A stretch of DNA of 64,000 nucleotides. It comes from Pseudomonadota bacterium (lineage in GTDB: Bacteria; Pseudomonadota; Alphaproteobacteria; Rhizobiales; Rhizobiaceae). A model generated the notes under the pieces. The model had not been told where the DNA came from. It saw only the letters and a program-made list of their open reading frames with translations, and made no database searches. Shown piece after piece: positions 28,054-38,035 of the stretch. Position numbers and translations under genes: made by a program. How positions within the stretch are numbered: position 1 is the first letter of the stretch; each line of letters begins with the position of its first letter. The stretch covers positions 22,380 to 86,379 of the forward strand of contig JAEWPB010000020.1 in assembly GCA_023399465.1 (NCBI GenBank). Direction: 5' to 3'.

Positions 28054-28839
28054 TTGACCGATATTCTGCCCCAAGTCCTGCTGTTCCTCGTCCTTGTCGC
28101 ATTCATCGCCGGCTTCATCGATTCAATTGCGGGTGGTGGCGGCCTGATCACCATTCCGGCGATGCTGCTTGCCGGGATCCCGCCGCTGGAAACGCTCGGC
28201 ACCAACAAGCTCCAGGGACTGTTCGGATCGGGCTCGGCGACCCTCGCCTATGCGCGCCATGGCCATGTCGACCTTGGCGAACAATGGCCTCTGGCCGCCA
28301 TGACGATCCTCGGCGGCGGCCTTGGCGCGATCCTTGCCACCGTCGTGCCCGCCGAGGTGCTGAGCGGCATGCTGCCGTTCCTGCTGGTGGCGATCGCTCT
28401 CTATTTCGGCTTCAAGCCCAATCTCAGCGATATCGACAAGCACCGGCGGATGGCGCCGCTCGCCTTCGGCCTGACCGTCGTGCCGGCGATTGGCTTCTAT
28501 GACGGGGTGTTCGGGCCGGGCACCGGTTCGTTCTTCATGCTCGCCTTCGTGGCGCTTGCCGGTTTCGGCGTGCTCAAGGCCACGGCGCACACGAAGCTTC
28601 TGAACTTCGGCTCCAATATCGGCGCCTTTGCCGTGTTCCTCGGTTTCGGCGTGATATTGTGGAAAGTCGGCCTGCTGATGGGCATCGGCCAGTTCCTCGG
28701 CGCGCAACTCGGCTCGCGCTTCGCGATGAAGAACGGCGCCAGGATCATCAAGCCGCTGCTTGTCGTTACCTGCCTGGCGCTCGCCGTAAAGCTGGCCTCC
28801 GACCCCGCCAATCCGGTCAGGGTCTGGCTCGGTTTCTAG
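28054..28839 (+). CDS. TSUP (TauE/SafE) family membrane transporter
   Basis: 261 aa starting at TTG. It is multi-TM, with FIAGFIDSIAGGGGLITIPAMLLAGIPPLETLGTNKL typical of TSUP/YfcA-like proteins. Confidence 0.75.
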   Translation: MTDILPQVLLFLVLVAFIAGFIDSIAGGGGLITIPAMLLAGIPPLETLGTNKLQGLFGSGSATLAYARHGHVDLGEQWPLAAMTILGGGLGAILATVVPAEVLSGMLPFLLVAIALYFGFKPNLSDIDKHRRMAPLAFGLTVVPAIGFYDGVFGPGTGSFFMLAFVALAGFGVLKATAHTKLLNFGSNIGAFAVFLGFGVILWKVGLLMGIGQFLGAQLGSRFAMKNGARIIKPLLVVTCLALAVKLASDPANPVRVWLGF

Positions 28840-29261
28840 AAGATCGCCAGAAGCACCGCGCCGGTCGCGATCAGGGCGACCGCGAACCAGTGGATAAGGT
28901 TGAGTTTCTCACCAAGGAAGATGACGCCGAAAATGGCGACCAGCACGATCGACAGCTTGTCGACCGGGGCGACACGCGCGGCATCGCCGAGCTTCAGCGC
29001 CCGGAAATAGGCAAGCCAGGACGCGCCGGTGGCAAGCCCGGAAAGCGTCAGGAAGATCCAGGTCTTCGCCGAGATGGTCGACGGCGACTGCCACTGCCCG
29101 GTCGCCAGCACGATGGCGCCGAGGGTGAAGAAGATCACCACCGTGCGGATGAGGGTCGCGAGATCGGAATTGACGCCCGCCACGCCGATCTTGCCGAAGA
29201 TCGCCGTGAGCGCAGCGAAGGCGGCGGAAAGAAGCGCCCAGAATACCCAGCCGTTGCTCAT
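28836..29261 (-). CDS. half-size EamA-domain membrane protein (141 aa)
   Basis: MSNGWVFWALLSAAFAALTAIFGKIGVAGV... forms a single EamA-like 4-5 TM unit. Its ATG (29259-29261) overlaps the cobO stop (TGATG). Confidence 0.7.
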   Translation of the reverse strand: MSNGWVFWALLSAAFAALTAIFGKIGVAGVNSDLATLIRTVVIFFTLGAIVLATGQWQSPSTISAKTWIFLTLSGLATGASWLAYFRALKLGDAARVAPVDKLSIVLVAIFGVIFLGEKLNLIHWFAVALIATGAVLLAIF

Positions 29262-29947
29262 CAGAATTCGACGCCGACCTGTGCCTTGATCCCCGAGCGG
29301 AAGGGATGCTTCAGCAATTCCATTTCGGTCGCCAGATCGGCGATCTCGAGCAGTTCGTCGCTGGCGTTGCGGCCGGTCAGCACGACATGGGTCATGTAGG
29401 GTTTTTCTTCTTTCAGGAATGTCACCACATCGTTGATGTCGATGTAGTCGTAGCGGATGGCGATGTTGATCTCGTCGAGCAGCACCATCGTGTTATTCTC
29501 GTCGCGGATCAGTTCCTTGGCCTTCTCCCAGGCGGCCTGCGCCATGGCCACGTCGCGCGCGCGGTCCTGGGTTTCCCAGGTAAAACCCTCGCCCATGGTG
29601 TGGAACTGGCAGATATCGGAAAAGTGCTTCAGGATCAGGTCGCGTTCGCCGGTCGACTTCGCGCCCTTGATGAACTGCACGACGGCGCAGCGCCTGCCGT
29701 GCGCGATGTGCCGGAAGATCATCCCGAAGGCGGCCGAAGACTTGCCCTTGCCCTTGCCGGTATGGACGATGACCAGCCCCTTCTCGTCGGTCTTGGTCGC
29801 CATGATCTTGTCCCGGGCGGCCTTCTTCTTGGCCATCTTCTCGGCGTGACGGGCGAGTTCCTCGGGGCTGATGGTCTCGTTGGTTACAGGGTTGTCCGTC
29901 ATGCTTTCCATCTCCGCGAATGCCAGCAGCTCTTTCGTGGCATCCAT
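29261..29947 (-). CDS. cobO: cob(I)yrinic acid a,c-diamide adenosyltransferase
   Basis: 228-aa ORF; the start may instead be an internal Met at residue 13 or 16. Contains the P-loop VIVHTGKGKGKSSAAFG and conserved HAEKMAKKKAARDKIMATKTDEKG, as in CobO. Confidence 0.85.
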   Translation of the reverse strand: MDATKELLAFAEMESMTDNPVTNETISPEELARHAEKMAKKKAARDKIMATKTDEKGLVIVHTGKGKGKSSAAFGMIFRHIAHGRRCAVVQFIKGAKSTGERDLILKHFSDICQFHTMGEGFTWETQDRARDVAMAQAAWEKAKELIRDENNTMVLLDEINIAIRYDYIDINDVVTFLKEEKPYMTHVVLTGRNASDELLEIADLATEMELLKHPFRSGIKAQVGVEF

Positions 29948-29967
29948 TATTCATTCTCTCAGAAGAG

Positions 29968-32900
29968 TCACGCTTTTGCGATACCACCACGCGCCGTCGC
30001 CATGGAAGCGGCTTCCGCAAGCGCGGCGAGATCGAACCTCGCCGAGTTCGAGCGCGGGTTCCAGAGCCCCCGGTCGATCGCTTCCTGCAGCCGCTCGGCC
30101 ATTTCCTTCAGCGCGAGGGGGTTCTTGTCGGCCATGAAATCCCGGACCTCGGCATCCACCACGAAGGCCCGGTAGACGGCTTCGAAGTGATGGTCGCGCA
30201 CGGCACCCGTGGTCGCCGAGAAGGCGAACATGTAATCGACCGTGGCGGCAATCTCGAAAGCGCCCTTGTAGCCGTGACGCATGACGCCGGCGATCCACTT
30301 CGGATTGACCACCCGGGCCCGGACGACCCGGCCGATCTCCTCCTCCAGCGATCGGATCACCGGCTTTTCCGGCCGCGAGTGATCGTTGTGGTAAACGGCA
30401 GGGCGGGCGCCGGAGACATGCTCGATCGCCGCGGTCATGCCGCCCTCGAACTGGTAATAGTCGTCACTGTCGAGAAGGTCATGCTCGCGGTTGTCCTGGT
30501 TCTGCACCACGGCTTCGACAGAACGCAACCGCTCCTCGAAAAGCCCGCGTTCGGCCTTGCCTTCCTCGCCGGCGCCATAGGCATAGCCGCCCCAGACGAG
30601 ATAGGCTTCGGCGAGATCGCCGCGGCGCTCCCAGCCCTTCTCGTCGATCAGCGCCTGCAGGCCAGCGCCGTAAGCGCCCGGCTTCGAGCCGAAGACGCGG
30701 TAGCCGGCGCGGCGGGACGCGGCCTTCGCGTCCATCCCCTCCGCCACCAGACCGGCCGCTTCACGGCGCATGCGGGCTGCAATCGGGTTGTCGGCCTCGT
30801 CCTCGTCGAGTTGGCCGATGGCGCGGATCGCCTTGTCGATGAGCGCGATCTGCTCGGGGAATGCATCGCGGAAAAAGCCGGAGATCCGGAGCGTGACGTC
30901 GACCCGCGGCCGGCGAAGCATGGCGGGCGGAACGATCTCGTAGCCGGTGACGCGGCGCGAGGCATTGTCCCAGACTGGCTTGACGCCGATCAGGGCCAGC
31001 GCCTGGGCGATATCGTCGCCGCCGGTGCGCATGTTCGAGGTGCCCCAGGCGGTCAGGCCGAACGAGGTCGGCCATTCGCCGTGGTCCTGCACGTAGCGGG
31101 TGATGAGAAGTTCGGCCGATTTCTTTCCCAGCTCATAGGCCGCCGCCGTCGGCACCGCGCGACTGTCGACCGAATAGAAATTCCTGCCCGTCGGCAACAC
31201 GTCGGGCCGTCCACGGGTCGGGGCCCCGGATGGCCCGGGCGCCACGAAGCGGCCGGCAAGCCCCGTCAGCAGCGCCTCGATTTCCGCCGGACCGGATTGC
31301 CGGACCGAGGGCGCCAATCGTTGCTCAATCTCATCGAGAACCGCTCTCGTACGCGGCCACGCCTCAGGGCAAGCGCAGGCGCCCTCCACGAGGTTCGCGG
31401 CGAGCAGTTCTATGCGTTCGACAGTGTCGCCATGGGAACGCCACGGGCTTTCCGAGACCGCGACCAGCAGCTCCGGCCTCGGCCCCTGCCATGCGGCCGC
31501 CATGTCGCAATCGAGCGGATCGAAGCCGTCGAGGCCGGCGTCCGCCGCGATCGCCCGCTGCAGGCTGGCGTCACCGCCCTCGCCAAGACCGCGCGGCACG
31601 CGTGCCAGAGCCACGACAAGATCGGTCAGCAGACGGCCTTCGGGAGCGAGCCCGAAGATATGCAGGCCGTCGCGGATCTGCATTTCCTTGAGATCGCAGA
31701 GATAGGCGTCGAGCTTGGCGAGTGCCGTATCCTCCGCCTCGCCCGTTGCGATGCCGGCATCCCGGTCGAGACCGATATCGGTGACGAGTTCGAGGATCTG
31801 CTTCTTCAGCAACCGGAGACGTCGCGGATCGCCGCCCGCCGCTTCGTAGTACTCGTCGACCAGCGCCTCGAGATCCTTGAGCGGCCCATAGCTTTCGGCA
31901 CGCGTCAGCGGCGGCGTCAGATGGTCGATGATGACCGCGCTGGTCCGGCGCTTGGCCTGCGTGCCTTCACCCGGATCGTTGACGATAAAGGGATAGAGAT
32001 GCGGCAGCGGCCCGAACACCGCCTCGGGATAGCAGTTCTCCGAAAGCGCCAGCGCCTTGCCGGGCAGCCATTCGAGGTTGCCGTGCTTGCCCATGTGCAC
32101 GATCGCATGGGCACCATAGACGGTCCGCAGATACGCATAGAACGCGAGATAGCCGTGCGGGGGCACCAGATCCGGCGAGTGATAGGTTTCCTTCGGATCG
32201 ATGTTGTAGCCGCGCGCCGGCTGGATGCAGACCAGCACCTCGCCGAAGCGGGAAAGCGGCAGGGCGAAGCGCCCGTCGATGAAGAATGGGTCAGTCTCAG
32301 GACGTCCCCAGCGGGCGGTGACTTCGCCTTGAATCCTTTCTGGAAGGGTTTTGAAGAACGCATTGTATTGATTCAGCGAAATCGTTTCGCGGATCTCGCG
32401 ATCATGGTTCTCCGCGTTCGTCGGGCCGGCCATCAGGTGGCGCATCAGCGCGTCGCTATCGGCGGGAAGATTGGCGATAGCGTAGCCCTCCCGCGCCATC
32501 GCCCTCAGTACTTCCATGGTGCCCGCGGGCGTATCGAGGCCGACGCCGTTTCCGAGCCGCCCGTCGCGGTTCGGATAGTTGGCCATGATAAGCGCCACGC
32601 GCCGATCCCCGACCGGAGCGCGCCTGAGCCGCGCCCAGTTGGCCGCCAGCTGCGCCACGAAACGGATCCGGTCGTCGAGCGGCTCGTGGCTGACGATGTT
32701 CGTCTGCGTCAGTTCGTCGAAGCGGGCTGCCGACTTGAACGACACCGCCCGCGACAGCACCCGTCCGTCGACCTCCGGGAGCGCCACGTTCATCGCCAGG
32801 TCGCGGGCGGAAAGCCCCTGCGTCGACGTTTCCCAGGCCTCGCGGCTCGAACCGGAGAAGATCGCCTGCAGCACCACGGCGCCGCCTTCGTCGAGCACCG

Positions 32901-33741
32901 TCGGCTGGCGCTCGGCGCCGGGCGCCGAAACGGCAAAACCGGTGGCATTGATCACCACATCCGGTGAGGCTTCGGAAAAGATCGACGTCAGGGTTCCGAC
33001 CGAGACCGCGTCCTTGAGGCTGGCGACGAATACCGGCAGCGGCCGCAGGCCCTCCGCGGCAAGGGCAGCGCACAGGGCTTCAACCGGTCTGGTTTCACCG
33101 CTCTGCACCAGCGCCCGGTAGAAGCAGATGGCCGCGACCGGTGCGATCGCCGGCGAAGACGCACGCTGCTCCCATTCCGCAAGCCCGATCACGCCGCTCC
33201 CCGGCCACCAGATCCCGGCCTTCAGCAGGGGCACGGCCGGTTCCGGGCGCTCGCCACAGTCAAGCATCGCCCTGGCATAGGCCAGGAAGGTGCGGGAATT
33301 GGCCTGACCGCCCTCGATAAGGTAGCTCCACAGCGCGTTGAGATCCGCTTCGGCGACATTGGAGAAAGGGGCAAGCCCCGCATCCGGCTTGTCGTCGCCG
33401 GGCAGCACGGCAATCTTCATGCCGCCGCGCTGGGCGGCCGCATGAAGGGCTTCGAGCGCGTAGTGGAAATAGCTGGCGCCACCGAGCGCGCGGACGATGA
33501 TCAGCCGCGCATGACGCGCGGTGCGCTCGATGTAGGTATCGACCGACATCGGGTGCTTCAGCGCCATCAGGCTCGCCAGTCTCAGGGAAACGGCTCCGGG
33601 CTCAAGCGCGTGCGCGGCGGCGATGGCCGCAAGCTCGGTATCGGCGGCCGAGAGAAACAGGACGTCGCCGGGCGTCTGGCCGAGGTCGATGGCCTCGTCG
33701 CCATCGGCAATCGAACCTTTCTGGGCGAGCAAAAGATGCAT
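29968..33741 (-). CDS. cobN: cobaltochelatase large subunit CobN
   Basis: ORF 29968..33774, likely starting at ATG 33741 (MHLLLAQKGSI...). About 1257 aa of the CobN/Mg-chelatase H family (e.g. HMGKHGNLEWLPGK), located after cobW. Confidence 0.9.
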   Translation of the reverse strand: MHLLLAQKGSIADGDEAIDLGQTPGDVLFLSAADTELAAIAAAHALEPGAVSLRLASLMALKHPMSVDTYIERTARHARLIIVRALGGASYFHYALEALHAAAQRGGMKIAVLPGDDKPDAGLAPFSNVAEADLNALWSYLIEGGQANSRTFLAYARAMLDCGERPEPAVPLLKAGIWWPGSGVIGLAEWEQRASSPAIAPVAAICFYRALVQSGETRPVEALCAALAAEGLRPLPVFVASLKDAVSVGTLTSIFSEASPDVVINATGFAVSAPGAERQPTVLDEGGAVVLQAIFSGSSREAWETSTQGLSARDLAMNVALPEVDGRVLSRAVSFKSAARFDELTQTNIVSHEPLDDRIRFVAQLAANWARLRRAPVGDRRVALIMANYPNRDGRLGNGVGLDTPAGTMEVLRAMAREGYAIANLPADSDALMRHLMAGPTNAENHDREIRETISLNQYNAFFKTLPERIQGEVTARWGRPETDPFFIDGRFALPLSRFGEVLVCIQPARGYNIDPKETYHSPDLVPPHGYLAFYAYLRTVYGAHAIVHMGKHGNLEWLPGKALALSENCYPEAVFGPLPHLYPFIVNDPGEGTQAKRRTSAVIIDHLTPPLTRAESYGPLKDLEALVDEYYEAAGGDPRRLRLLKKQILELVTDIGLDRDAGIATGEAEDTALAKLDAYLCDLKEMQIRDGLHIFGLAPEGRLLTDLVVALARVPRGLGEGGDASLQRAIAADAGLDGFDPLDCDMAAAWQGPRPELLVAVSESPWRSHGDTVERIELLAANLVEGACACPEAWPRTRAVLDEIEQRLAPSVRQSGPAEIEALLTGLAGRFVAPGPSGAPTRGRPDVLPTGRNFYSVDSRAVPTAAAYELGKKSAELLITRYVQDHGEWPTSFGLTAWGTSNMRTGGDDIAQALALIGVKPVWDNASRRVTGYEIVPPAMLRRPRVDVTLRISGFFRDAFPEQIALIDKAIRAIGQLDEDEADNPIAARMRREAAGLVAEGMDAKAASRRAGYRVFGSKPGAYGAGLQALIDEKGWERRGDLAEAYLVWGGYAYGAGEEGKAERGLFEERLRSVEAVVQNQDNREHDLLDSDDYYQFEGGMTAAIEHVSGARPAVYHNDHSRPEKPVIRSLEEEIGRVVRARVVNPKWIAGVMRHGYKGAFEIAATVDYMFAFSATTGAVRDHHFEAVYRAFVVDAEVRDFMADKNPLALKEMAERLQEAIDRGLWNPRSNSARFDLAALAEAASMATARGGIAKA

Positions 33742-33818
33742 GCGGCCTCTCCGGGAAATGCCTTGCCGCTCCATCCGACCGTGGCCGGAGGAGCGGCGAT
33801 ATGTCGATCGGTCGCGGC

Positions 33819-34889
33819 TTACAGACCGGCGATCGCCGAGCGCACGGCAGCCTCATCCATGTCATGCAGGCCGATCACGACCAGCCGGGTGGCGCGGGTC
33901 TCCCCCGGCGCCCAGGCACGGTCGAAATAGTGATCGATGCGGCTGCCTACGGCCTGGACGACGAGGCGCATCGGCTTGCCCGGCACATCGGCAAAGCCCT
34001 TGAGGCGCAGGATGTCGTTGGCCTCGATGACCGCCTTCAGCCCGTCCACGAAGGCCGCGGGGTCGCCGACCGCGCCATGCTCGATAACGAAGCTGTCGAA
34101 TTCGTCATGGTCGTGGTGATGGTCGTGCGGCTCGCCGCTCTCGTGCAGCGCCTCATGTTCCCGCTCGTGGTGGGATTTTCGGTTGTCGATATCGCCTTCG
34201 GTGCCGATTCCGAGCCCGAGCAGCACGGCAGCCGAAACCTCGCCGTTTCGGGCCTCGATCATCGCCGGCCGGCGGTCGATCCGCGACGCCACTTCCGCCT
34301 TCACCCGGCTCATGCCATCGGCATCGAGAAGGTCAGACTTGTTGAGCACGATCAGGTCGGCGCAGGTAAGCTGGTCCTCGAAGAGCTCTTCCAGCGGGCT
34401 TTCGTGGTCGAGGCTTTCGTCCCCGGCGCGCGCTGCCTCCACCCTGTCATGATCGTCGGCAAAGCGGCCGGCCGCGACAGCGGCGCTGTCGACGACAGTG
34501 ACCACGCCGTCGACCGTCACCTGGGTACGAATGTCAGGCCAGTTGAAGGCGGCGACAAGCGGCTGCGGCAATGCCAGCCCCGAGGTTTCGATGACGATGT
34601 GATCGGGGCGGTTGTGCCTTTCCAGAAGCTTCGTCATCGTCGGGATGAAATCGTCGGCCACCGTGCAGCAGATGCAGCCGTTGGTCAGCTCGATGATGTC
34701 GTCCTCGCTGCAGTTTTCCGCACCGCAGCCCTTCAGCACGTCGCCATCGACGCCGAGATCGCCGAATTCATTGATGATCAGCGCGATCTTCCTGCCATTG
34801 GCGTTCTCCAGAAGGTTGCGGATCATCGTCGTCTTGCCGGCGCCGAGAAAGCCGGTGATGACGGTTGCGGGGATCTTTCCCTGCATCAT
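33819..34889 (-). CDS. cobW: CobW GTPase metallochaperone
   Basis: 356 aa with the P-loop VITGFLGAGKTTMI, the metal motif NGCICCTV, and the His-rich insert HHEREHEALHESGEPHDHHHDHDE. Confidence 0.9.
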   Translation of the reverse strand: MMQGKIPATVITGFLGAGKTTMIRNLLENANGRKIALIINEFGDLGVDGDVLKGCGAENCSEDDIIELTNGCICCTVADDFIPTMTKLLERHNRPDHIVIETSGLALPQPLVAAFNWPDIRTQVTVDGVVTVVDSAAVAAGRFADDHDRVEAARAGDESLDHESPLEELFEDQLTCADLIVLNKSDLLDADGMSRVKAEVASRIDRRPAMIEARNGEVSAAVLLGLGIGTEGDIDNRKSHHEREHEALHESGEPHDHHHDHDEFDSFVIEHGAVGDPAAFVDGLKAVIEANDILRLKGFADVPGKPMRLVVQAVGSRIDHYFDRAWAPGETRATRLVVIGLHDMDEAAVRSAIAGL

Positions 34890-34893
34890 GGGT

Positions 34894-35418
34894 TCAACCC
34901 TTCATTTTCAACGGCAGACCGGCCGCGATGAAATAGACTTCCGCGACCGTGGCGGCTACGAGCTGGTGAAGCCGGCCGGCATGATCGCGAAACTCACGCG
35001 CCATGCGGTGTTCGGGAACGATCCCGAGACCGACTTCATTGGAGACGAGAACGAGCCGGGCCGAGGCGCGCGGCAGCCAGTCGGCAAGTGCCTGTGCTTC
35101 GGTGGCAATGTCCCGTCCATCCATCATCAGGTTGGTGACCCACAGCGTCAGGCAGTCGACCAGGATCGCCCGGTCGGGGGCATCGATACGCTGCAAGGTC
35201 CCGACGAGATCGAGCGGCTCCTCATGCGTCGTCCAGCCATCGCCGCGATCGGCCTGGTGACGGGAAATGCGATCGCGCATTTCCTCATCAAAGGCCCGGC
35301 CGGTCGCCACATAGTGCCGTTCGAGACCCGAGGCGCGCACCAGCGCCTCGGAGAAACCGGACTTTCCCGAACGCGCGCCGCCCAGAACGAGGACGGCACC
35401 GGGAGTTACACTGCTCAT
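34894..35418 (-). CDS. cobP: bifunctional adenosylcobinamide kinase / cobinamide-phosphate guanylyltransferase
   Basis: ORF 34894..35682. The ATG at 35418 overlaps the cbtA stop (ATGA). Contains the P-loop [16 protein letters not shown]. 174 aa. Confidence 0.85.
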   Translation of the reverse strand: MSSVTPGAVLVLGGARSGKSGFSEALVRASGLERHYVATGRAFDEEMRDRISRHQADRGDGWTTHEEPLDLVGTLQRIDAPDRAILVDCLTLWVTNLMMDGRDIATEAQALADWLPRASARLVLVSNEVGLGIVPEHRMAREFRDHAGRLHQLVAATVAEVYFIAAGLPLKMKG

Positions 35419-36182
35419 CGGGAGGTCCTTGCCATTCGTTCGTTGAGCAAGCCGAGGGCGAAGCCCAGCACCACCCAGAAGAACAGCGCGGTCACGAGCG
35501 CTGCCACCGCGAACTCGGCGGCAAGCAATGCCGGCACGTTGCTGTCGATGCTGTCGGGCTGGGGCGCTCCCCAGACCTGCGGCGCGGCGATCAGGGCGAT
35601 ACCGGCGATCTTTGCCGGAAGTTCCTTGCGCAATGCCAGCAGGTAGATGCCGGCGGCGGAAAGAACGACCGCGAAGAACCACCAGACCTGGCGGACGCCA
35701 AGATCGGCGGCCGGGAACCCCGGAAGTTCCGGCGGCAGGCCGGCAGCAGGCAGGAAATGAACGGCAAGCCAGCCGGCCGCCCCCCAGAGCACACCATTCG
35801 CGGCGGTGACGGGATTGCCCGAGAGCAGGCTCACCGCCGCCAGCAGCAGGCCGAAGCCGGCACCGATGACCAGATTGGCGGCAAGCGTGCCGGAAAAGCG
35901 GCTCATGCCGAACAGCAGTCCGCCGTCCTCCTCCGCATCGCCCGCCACCGTCGGATGGTCATGGGCGTAGGCGGGGGTGACGATGTAGAGCGAGGCCGCC
36001 AGCGGGCCGAAGGTCGAATAGCCGGAAGCCGCACCATGGGAATGGTCGCTCGCGGGTGCATCACCCTCGAATTCCTCGGCATGGAGAATGAGCGGCACGA
36101 CCCGCCACTGCTGCGCCGCAGTCATGAGCACGCCAGCGACCAGCCCGGCCACGAGAGCAGCCAGAATATGTCTGATAACCAT
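35415..36182 (-). CDS. cbtA: cobalt transporter subunit CbtA
   Basis: 255-aa membrane protein with the N-terminus [34 protein letters not shown] and a His-containing loop. It follows cbtB behind a cobalamin riboswitch. Confidence 0.8.
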   Translation of the reverse strand: MVIRHILAALVAGLVAGVLMTAAQQWRVVPLILHAEEFEGDAPASDHSHGAASGYSTFGPLAASLYIVTPAYAHDHPTVAGDAEEDGGLLFGMSRFSGTLAANLVIGAGFGLLLAAVSLLSGNPVTAANGVLWGAAGWLAVHFLPAAGLPPELPGFPAADLGVRQVWWFFAVVLSAAGIYLLALRKELPAKIAGIALIAAPQVWGAPQPDSIDSNVPALLAAEFAVAALVTALFFWVVLGFALGLLNERMARTSR

Positions 36183-36200
36183 TTCGATATCCCCTTGAGG

Positions 36201-36380
36201 TCAGTGGCAGGGGAAGCCGAATGCGTGACGGGTATCGTGCGCGGTATCGTGCAGCACTGCCGAATTGGCAAGGCCGGCGCCGAATACCAGGAACGAACCG
36301 AGAAGCAGGGCAATCAGACCGGCAACGAGCCGGTCGCTTGCCGAGAGGACAAGAGACGAAGAAACAGTACTATGAGCCAT
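36201..36380 (-). CDS. cbtB: cobalt transporter subunit CbtB (59 aa)
   Basis: ORF 36201..36443, with the ATG at 36380 after GGAGG. It has one TM segment and the C-terminus HDTAHDTRHAFGFPCH characteristic of CbtB. Confidence 0.8.
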   Translation of the reverse strand: MAHSTVSSSLVLSASDRLVAGLIALLLGSFLVFGAGLANSAVLHDTAHDTRHAFGFPCH

Positions 36381-36509
36381 GACAACCTCCGTGCTGGCCG
36401 TATGGGGAAACCTCCCCAAGGGGTTCGGGCGTATGCCCGGCACGCATGGCAGGTTTCCTGGCTCGCGGTTTTCAGGCGCAATGCGCCAACGGCTCTCCCT
36501 CGCCTTCCC

Positions 36510-36795
36510 GGAGAATAAAAGGCTTCACGAAAGGGCGGACGATTCGTAGACATAGAGGCGTCCAGCCCCGGCAGATCGTGAAGCCACTCCAGTGGCTTTT
36601 CCGGTCCTCGAACCGCCGATGCCCGCCTGCCCCATGCAGACTGTCGACAACGACGCACGCAAACCGGATGGAAGACCCTGACCACTCTACAGTCGCGGGG
36701 TCGGCTGTGATGAGAGCGCCCTGTATGGGTCCGCCCCTTCACATTCCCTTTTACTCCCGTAACGCTCGCGCGGTCCGGGAACCATTCGTGAGGTC
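36510..36795 (-). promoter_or_regulatory. cobalamin riboswitch with intrinsic terminator, leader of cbtB-cbtA-cobP-cobW-cobN-cobO
   Basis: The minus-strand RNA contains GGUUCCCGG...AAAAGGGAAUGUGAAGG...ACAGCCGACCCCGCGACUGUAGAG (conserved core), the B12 box AAGCCACUGGAG (rc of 36589-36596), and then GGCUUCACGA...UCGUGAAGCC followed by UUUUAUU, a terminator ending near 36514. Confidence 0.85.
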
Positions 36796-36988
36796 ATGTT
36801 AGCGGTCCGCCGGAGTAAAAGTCAATTGCGAGGGACGAACGATGCCGCTCCCCTCACCGGGGATGCGGATTATCCACACCTGCGCGCCCCCCTATAAACC
36901 GGCGCATTTTCTGATATACGCCCCCTACCGAGAGGTTTTGAAGGCCTCCACACACTAGGAACCATCCTCTGTTGACAAGTGCATCTCC

Positions 36989-38011
36989 ATGAGCGCCGCC
37001 ACCCGTCTTTGGGTCTCGCGGATGAACCCTTACAAAAAACCCGACGATAGAAGAGCAGTTTTCGAAATTGCGGCCACCATCATCCCGTTCGTCGCGCTAT
37101 GGCTTGCGACCTGGGCATTGCTGGAAGTCAATCTCCTGCTCGCTCTTCTGACTGCGATTCTGGCGGCCGGATTGATGGTCCGCATGTTCATCATTCAGCA
37201 CGATTGCGGTCACGGCTCGCTGTTGACGTCAAAGGAAGCCAACGATTGGCTTGGGCGCGCAATCGGCGTTCTGACCCTTACGCCCTACGACTACTGGCGC
37301 CATTCGCATGCGCTCCATCATGCAAGCTCCGGCAATCTCGACAAGCGCGGCTTCGGAGACATCGATACGCTGACCGTCGACGAATACATGGCACTGCCGC
37401 GCATGGGGCGCCTGCGCTACCGGCTCTACCGCCATCCGTTGGTGATGTTCGGAATCGGACCGACCTATCTCTTTGTTATCCAGCACCGCTGGCCGGTCGG
37501 CGCAATGAACAAGGGCCACATCCCCTGGGTCAGCACTCTGGCGACGAATGCCGGCATTGTCGCACTCTACGGCCTGCTGATCTACGTTTTCGGCCTGAAG
37601 GCCTTTCTGATGGTCCAGGTACCAATTGTGGTGATCGGCGCATCGATCGGCGTTTGGCTGTTCTATGTGCAGCATCAGTTCGAACATGCGCATTGGGAAC
37701 GAGCCGATGAATGGCAGCGCGACAATGCCGCCCTCCACGGCAGCTCGTTCTACGACCTGCCGCGACCGCTGATGTGGCTGACGGGCAATATCGGTATCCA
37801 TCACGTGCACCATCTGTCCAGCCGCATCCCGTTCCACCGGCTGCCGCAAATCCTCAAGGATTACCCGGAACTGAAGGAAATCGGACGCCTGACGTTCTGG
37901 CAAAGCCTGAAATGCGTGCCGCTGACGCTGTGGGACGAACAGGCCAAACGACTGATATCGTTCCGCGAGGCAAAAAATCGCCAACCAGCGCCGCCGTTCG
38001 CTGCGGCCTAG
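36989..38011 (+). CDS. membrane fatty acid desaturase
   Basis: 340 aa; the start could instead be Met12 at 37022. Contains the three His boxes HDCGH, HALHH and HHVHH. Confidence 0.8.
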   Translation: MSAATRLWVSRMNPYKKPDDRRAVFEIAATIIPFVALWLATWALLEVNLLLALLTAILAAGLMVRMFIIQHDCGHGSLLTSKEANDWLGRAIGVLTLTPYDYWRHSHALHHASSGNLDKRGFGDIDTLTVDEYMALPRMGRLRYRLYRHPLVMFGIGPTYLFVIQHRWPVGAMNKGHIPWVSTLATNAGIVALYGLLIYVFGLKAFLMVQVPIVVIGASIGVWLFYVQHQFEHAHWERADEWQRDNAALHGSSFYDLPRPLMWLTGNIGIHHVHHLSSRIPFHRLPQILKDYPELKEIGRLTFWQSLKCVPLTLWDEQAKRLISFREAKNRQPAPPFAAA

Positions 38012-38035
38012 AGTAGACAGGGCATCCTGGAACAA

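Noticed and set aside
29920-32967. 1015-aa plus-strand ORF, the longest of many long ORFs antisense to real genes. Others include 17608..19935, 42473..44179, 54308..56221, 38999..40816, 6891..8456, 60275..61807, 9482..10882, 3921..5348, 16192..17454, 58139..59383 and 25486..26676.
   Set aside because: Each lies exactly opposite a gene with strong family signatures (cobN, cobM/nucleoside hydrolase, the permease/bmt, RACo, cobQ, fabF and others). Their products are dominated by Arg/Ala/Gly/Asp/His/Pro runs with no recognisable motifs. This is the usual shadow-ORF artefact of high-GC DNA lacking stop codons on the antisense strand.
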